Position numbers and translations under genes: made by a program
Shown: one piece after another, positions 59,301-64,000 of the stretch
Position numbering within the stretch: position 1 is the first letter of the stretch
Layout: each line of letters opens with the position of its first letter
NCBI GenBank assembly: GCA_964016885.1
Contig: OZ024744.1
Coordinates: 14,942,001 to 15,006,000 of the forward strand
Length of the DNA: 64,000 bases
Direction: 5' to 3'
Source: Eledone cirrhosa
Taxonomy: Eukaryota
The notes under the pieces: model-generated
The model's database searches: none
The model's input: the letters and a program-made list of their open reading frames with translations, nothing else
Told to the model about the DNA's origin: nothing

Positions 59301-62300
59301 CAGCAATATGTAATGTATATTACTCCAGCAATATGTATTGTAGATTACTTCAGCAATATGTAATGTATATTACTTCAGCAATATGTAATGTATATTACTC
59401 CAGCAATATGTAATGTATATTACTCCAGCAATATGTAATGTATATTACTCCAGCATTATGTAATGTAGATTACTTCAGCAATATGTAATGTATATTACTC
59501 CAGCAACATGTAATGTAGATTACTCCAGCAATATGTAATGTAGATTACTCCAGCAATATGTAATGTATATTACTCCAGCAATATGTAATGTAGATTACTC
59601 CAGCAATATGTAATGTAGATTACTTCAGCAATATGTAATGTAGATTACTCCAGCAATATGTAATGTATATTACTCCAGCAATATGTAATGTAGATTACTC
59701 CAGCAATATGTAGTGCATATTACTCCAGCAATATGTAATGTATATTACTCCAGCAATATGTAATTTAGATTACTCCAGCAATATGTAATATATATTACTC
59801 CAGCAATATGTAATGTAGATTACTTCAGCAATATATAATGTATATTACTCCAGCAATATGTAATGTAGATTACTCCAGCAATATGTAATGTAGATTACTC
59901 CAGCAATATGTAATGTATATTACTCCAGCAATATGTAATGTAGATTACTCCAGCAATATGTAGTGCATATTACTCCAGCAATATGTAATGTAGATTACTC
60001 CAGCAATATGTAATGTAGATTACTTCAGCAATATGTAATATAGATTACTCCAGCAATATGTAATGTAGATCACTCCAGTAATATGTAATGTAGATTACTC
60101 CAGCAATATGTAATGTAGATTACTCCAGCAATATGTAATGTAGATTACTCCAGCAATATGTAATGTATATTACTCCAGCAATATGTAATGTGTATTACTC
60201 CAGCAATATGTAATGTATATTACTCCAGCAATATGTAATGTAGATTACTTCAGCAATATGTAATGTAGATTACTCAAGCAATATGTAATGTAGATTACTT
60301 AGGCAATATGTAATGTATATTACTTCAGCAATATGTAATGTAGATTACTCTAGCAACATGTAATGTAGATTACTTCAGCAATATGTAATGTATATTACTT
60401 CAGCAATATGTAATGTAGATTACTCCAGCAATATGTTATGCATATTACTCCAGCAATATGTAATGTAGATTACTCCAGCAATATGTAGTGCATATTACTC
60501 CAGCAATATGTAATGTATATTACTCCAGCAATATGTAATTTAGATTACTCCAGCAATATGTAATGTATATTACTCCAGCAACATGTAATGTAGATTACTT
60601 CAGCAATATGTAATGTATATTACTCCAGCAATATGTAATGTAGATTACTCCAGCAATATGTAATGTAGATTACTCCAGCAATATGTAGTGTAGATTACTT
60701 CAGCAATATCTAATGTAGATTACTCCAGCAATATGTAATGTAGATTACTTCAGCAATATGTAATGTATATTACTGCAGCAATATGTAATGTAGATTACTT
60801 CAGCAATATGTAATGTATATTACTCCAGCAATATGTATTGTAGATTACTTCAGCAATATGTAATGTATATTACTCCAGCAATATGTAATGTATATTACTC
60901 CAGCAATATGTAATGTAGATTACACCAGCAATATGTAATGTATATTACTCCACCTATATGTAATGTAGATTACTGCAGCAATATGTAGTGTAGATTACTT
61001 CAGCAATATCTAATTTAGATTACTCCAGCAATATGTAATGTAGATTACTCCAGCAATATGTAATGTAGATTACTCCAGCAATATGTAATGTAGATTACTC
61101 CAGCAATATGTAATGCATATTACTCCAGCAATATGTAATGTAGATTACTCCAGAAATATGTAATGTAGATTAGTCCAGCAATATGTAATGTAGATTACTC
61201 CAGCAATATGTAATGTAGATTACTCCAGCAATATGTAATGTAGATTACTCCAGCAATATGTAATGTAGATTACTCCAGCAATATGTAATGTATATTACTT
61301 CAGCAATATGTAATGAAGATTACTCCAGCAATATGTAATGTAGATTACTTCAGCAATAGATAATGTAGATTACTCCAGCAATATGTAATGTAGATTACTC
61401 CAGCAATATGTAATGTATATTACTCCAGCAACATGTAATGTAGATTACTCCCGCAATATCTAGTGTATATTACTCCAGCAATATGTAATTTAGATTACTC
61501 CAGCAATATGTAATGTATATTACTCCAGCAATATGTAATGTAGATTACTTCAGCAATATGTAATGTATATTACTCCAGCAATATATAATGTAGATTACTC
61601 CAGCAATATGTAATGTAGATTACTCCAGCAATATGTAATGTATATTACTCCAGCAATATGTAATGTATATTACTTCAGCAATTTGTAATGTAGATTACTC
61701 CAGCAATATGTAATGTATATTACTCCAGCAATATGTAATGTATATTACTCCAGCAATATGTAATGTAGATTACTCCAGCAATATCTAATGTATATTACTT
61801 CAGCAATATGTAATGTAGATTACTCCAGCAATATGTAATGTAGATTACTCCAGCAATATGTAATGTAGATTACTCCAGCAATATGTAATGTAGATTACTC
61901 CAGCAATATGTAATGTATATTACTTCAGCAATATGTAATGTAGATTACTCCAGCAATATGTAATGTAGATTACTTCAGCAATAGATAATGTAGATTACTC
62001 CAGCAATATGTAATGTAGATTACTCCAGCAATATGTAATGTAGATTACTCCAGCAATATGTAATGTATATTACTTCAGCAATATGTAGTGCATATTACTC
62101 CAGCAATATGTAATGTATATTACTCCAGCAATATGTAATTTAGATTACTCCAGCAATATGTAATGTATATTACTCCAGCAATATGTAGTGTAGATTACTT
62201 CAGCAATATGTAATGTATATTACTCCAGCAATATATGATGGAGATTACTCCAGCAATATGTAATGTAGATTACTCCTGCAATATGTAATGTATATTACTC

Positions 62301-63050
62301 CAGCAATATGTAATGTAGATTACTTCAGCAATATGTAATGTAGATTACTCCAGCAATATGTAATGTATATTACTTCAGCAATATGTAATGTAGATTACTC
62401 CAGCAATATGTAATGTATATTACTCCAGCAATATGTAATGTAGATTACTCCAGCAATATGTAGTGCATATTACTCCAGCAATATGTAATGTAGATTACTC
62501 GAGCAATATGTAATGTATATTACTCCAGCAATATGTAATGTAGATTACTCCAGCAATATGTAATGTAGATTACTTCAGCAATATGTAATGTAGATTACTC
62601 CAGCAATATGTAATATAGATTATTCCAGCAATATGTAATGTAGATTACTCCAGCAATATGTAATGTAGATTACTCCAGCAATATGTAATGTAGATTACTC
62701 CAGCAATATGTAGTGTAGATTACTTCAGCAATATCTAATGTAGATTACTCCAGCAATATATAATGTAGATTACTTCAGCAATATGTAATGTATATTACTC
62801 CAGCAATATGTAATGTAGATTACTTCAGCAATATGTAATGTATATTACTCCAGCAATATGTATTGTAGATTACTTCAGCAATATGTAATGTATATTACTC
62901 CAGCAATATGTAATGTATATTACTCCAGCAATATGTAATGTAGATTACTCCAGCAATATGTAATGTATATTACTCCACCTATATGTAATGTAGATTACTG
63001 CAGCAATATGTAGTGTAGATTACTTCAGCAATATCTAATTTAGATTACTC
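55600..63050. repeat. Tandem duplication of 3750-3800 bp (150-152 monomers)
   Basis: AGGCAATATG 56551/60301 (3750); CCACCT 57150/60950 and 59175/62975 (3800); ATATATGATGGAGATT 58431/62231 (3800). Confidence 0.85.
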
Positions 63051-64000
63051 CAGCAATATGTAATGTAGATTACTCCAGCAATATGTAATGTAGATTACTC
63101 CAGCAATATGTAATGTAGATTACTCCAGCAATATGTAATGCATATTACTCCAGCAATATGTAATGTAGATTACTCCAGAAATATGTAATGTAGATTAGTC
63201 CAGCAATATGTAATGTAGATTACTCCAGCAATATGTAATGTAGATTACTCCAGCAATATGTAATGTAGATTACTCCAGCAATATGTAATGTAGATTACTC
63301 CAGCAATATGTAATGTATATTACTTCAGCAATATGTAATGTAGATTACTCCAGCAATATGTAATGTAGATTACTCCAGCAATATGTAATGTATATTACTC
63401 CAGCAACATGTAATGTAGATTACTCCCGCAATATCTAATGTATATTACTCCAGCAATATGTAATTTAGATTACTCCAGCAATATGTAATGTATATTACTC
63501 CAGCAATATGTAATGTAGATTACTTCAGCAATATGTAATGTATATTACTCCAGCAATATATAATGTAGATTACTCCAGCAATATGTAATGTAGATTACTC
63601 CAGCAATATGTAATGTATATTACTCCAGCAATATGTAATGTATATTACTTCAGCAATTTGTAATGTAGATTACTCCAGCAATATGTAATGTATATTACTC
63701 CAGCAATATGTAATGTAGATTACTCCAGCAATATGTAGTGCATATTACTCCAGCAATATGTAATGTAGATTACTCCAGCAATATGTAATGTAGATTACTT
63801 CAGCAATATGTAATGTAGATTACTCCAGCAATATGTAATGTAGATCACTCCAGCAATATGTAATGTATGTTACTCCAGCAATATGTAATATATATTACTC
63901 CAGCAATATGTAATGTATATTACTCCAGCAATATGTAATGTATATTACTTCAGCAATTTGTAATGTAGATTACTCCAGCAATATGTAATGTATATTACTC

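Larger units (their letters stand above)
1..64000. repeat. Tandem satellite array of a 25-bp monomer, consensus CCAGCAATATGTAATGTA(G/T)ATTACT; 2,560 monomers in one orientation; array extends beyond both window edges
   Basis: Every line is this monomer with mostly 0-2 substitutions. Register check: the monomer starts at position 1, shifts +1 near 3480, +1 near 8806 and -3 near 24143, and the window ends one base into the next monomer (2560 x 25 - 1 + 1 = 64000). No unique sequence is interspersed. Confidence 0.99.
28330..64000. repeat. HOR domain B: basic unit of 75 monomers (1875 bp) with truncated and expanded derivatives
   Basis: Diagnostic CCACCT at 31375, 34775, 36075, 38850, 40725, 43675, 45750, 52400, 54475, 57150, 59175, 60950 and 62975, together with CTCCCGC, TATTGTAG, CAATTTG and TAATTCAGCAAAATG variants not seen in domain A. 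A spacing of 1875 recurs: TACTCCCGC 39346 to 41221, 44371 to 46246 and 53096 to 54971; CCACCT 38850 to 40725. Confidence 0.88.

Noticed and set aside
1-64000. CRISPR array (the repeat length of 25 bp is in range and has a dyad)
   Set aside because: Monomers are directly adjacent with no unique spacers, and there is no leader or cas gene.
1-64000. Repeat-encoded protein on either strand
   Set aside because: 25 is not a multiple of 3, so reading cycles through all frames. The + strand has TAA (and often TAG) in nearly every monomer and the - strand has TAA (AGTAAT), so each frame stops about every 75 bp.
1-64000. Long telomerase-made repeat like the 25-bp Kluyveromyces lactis telomere unit
   Set aside because: There is no G-rich strand (4 G and 4 C per consensus monomer) and no similarity to that unit, and kb-scale HORs of inherited variants indicate recombinational amplification, not template copying.
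1-64000. Pumilio-element (UGUAHAUA) sponge RNA
   Set aside because: The monomer gives TGTAGATT or TGTATATT, which miss the final A of the element, and nothing in the sequence indicates transcription.
1-64000. Common C-to-T variant as a sign of methylcytosine deamination
   Set aside because: The changed base is the first C of CCAG, which is in neither CpG nor CHG context; the CHG cytosine (giving CTCTAG) changes only rarely.
1-64000. Inversions, transposon insertions or embedded unique sequence
   Set aside because: I saw no reverse-complement monomers (AGTAATCTACATTACATATTGCTGG) and no break in the 25-bp register other than the three small indels.
1-64000. Identification with a known satellite such as human HSat1/2/3, alpha satellite or mouse major/minor satellite
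   Set aside because: Neither monomer length nor sequence matches those families as I know them, and there is no CENP-B box. A database search is needed for any assignment.

Overview
The whole 64-kb window is one uninterrupted, head-to-tail satellite array of a 25-bp monomer, consensus CCAGCAATATGTAATGTA(G/T)ATTACT (about 28-32% GC, no CpG in the consensus). It holds 2,560 monomers, all in the same orientation, and runs off both ends of the window. I found no genes, RNA genes, mobile elements or CRISPR spacers, and I do not recognise the satellite family or the host. The information is in the pattern of point variants. Two collinear higher-order repeat (HOR) subfamilies meet at about 27.0-28.7 kb: domain A has a basic unit of about 58-60 monomers and domain B a basic unit of 75 monomers, with a derived 39-mer subdomain. 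Nested segmental duplications sit on top of these (offsets of 600, 1300, 3400, 3451, 3750-3800, 5326 and 8725 bp). Monomer length is very strictly kept, with only three register shifts in 64 kb. Each monomer has a short dyad (GTAAT-N4-ATTAC). This fits eukaryotic centromeric or heterochromatic satellite DNA evolving by unequal exchange, but that assignment is inference. I cannot support a novel gene system here. All coordinates and counts were read by eye, and segment boundaries are approximate to a few monomers.
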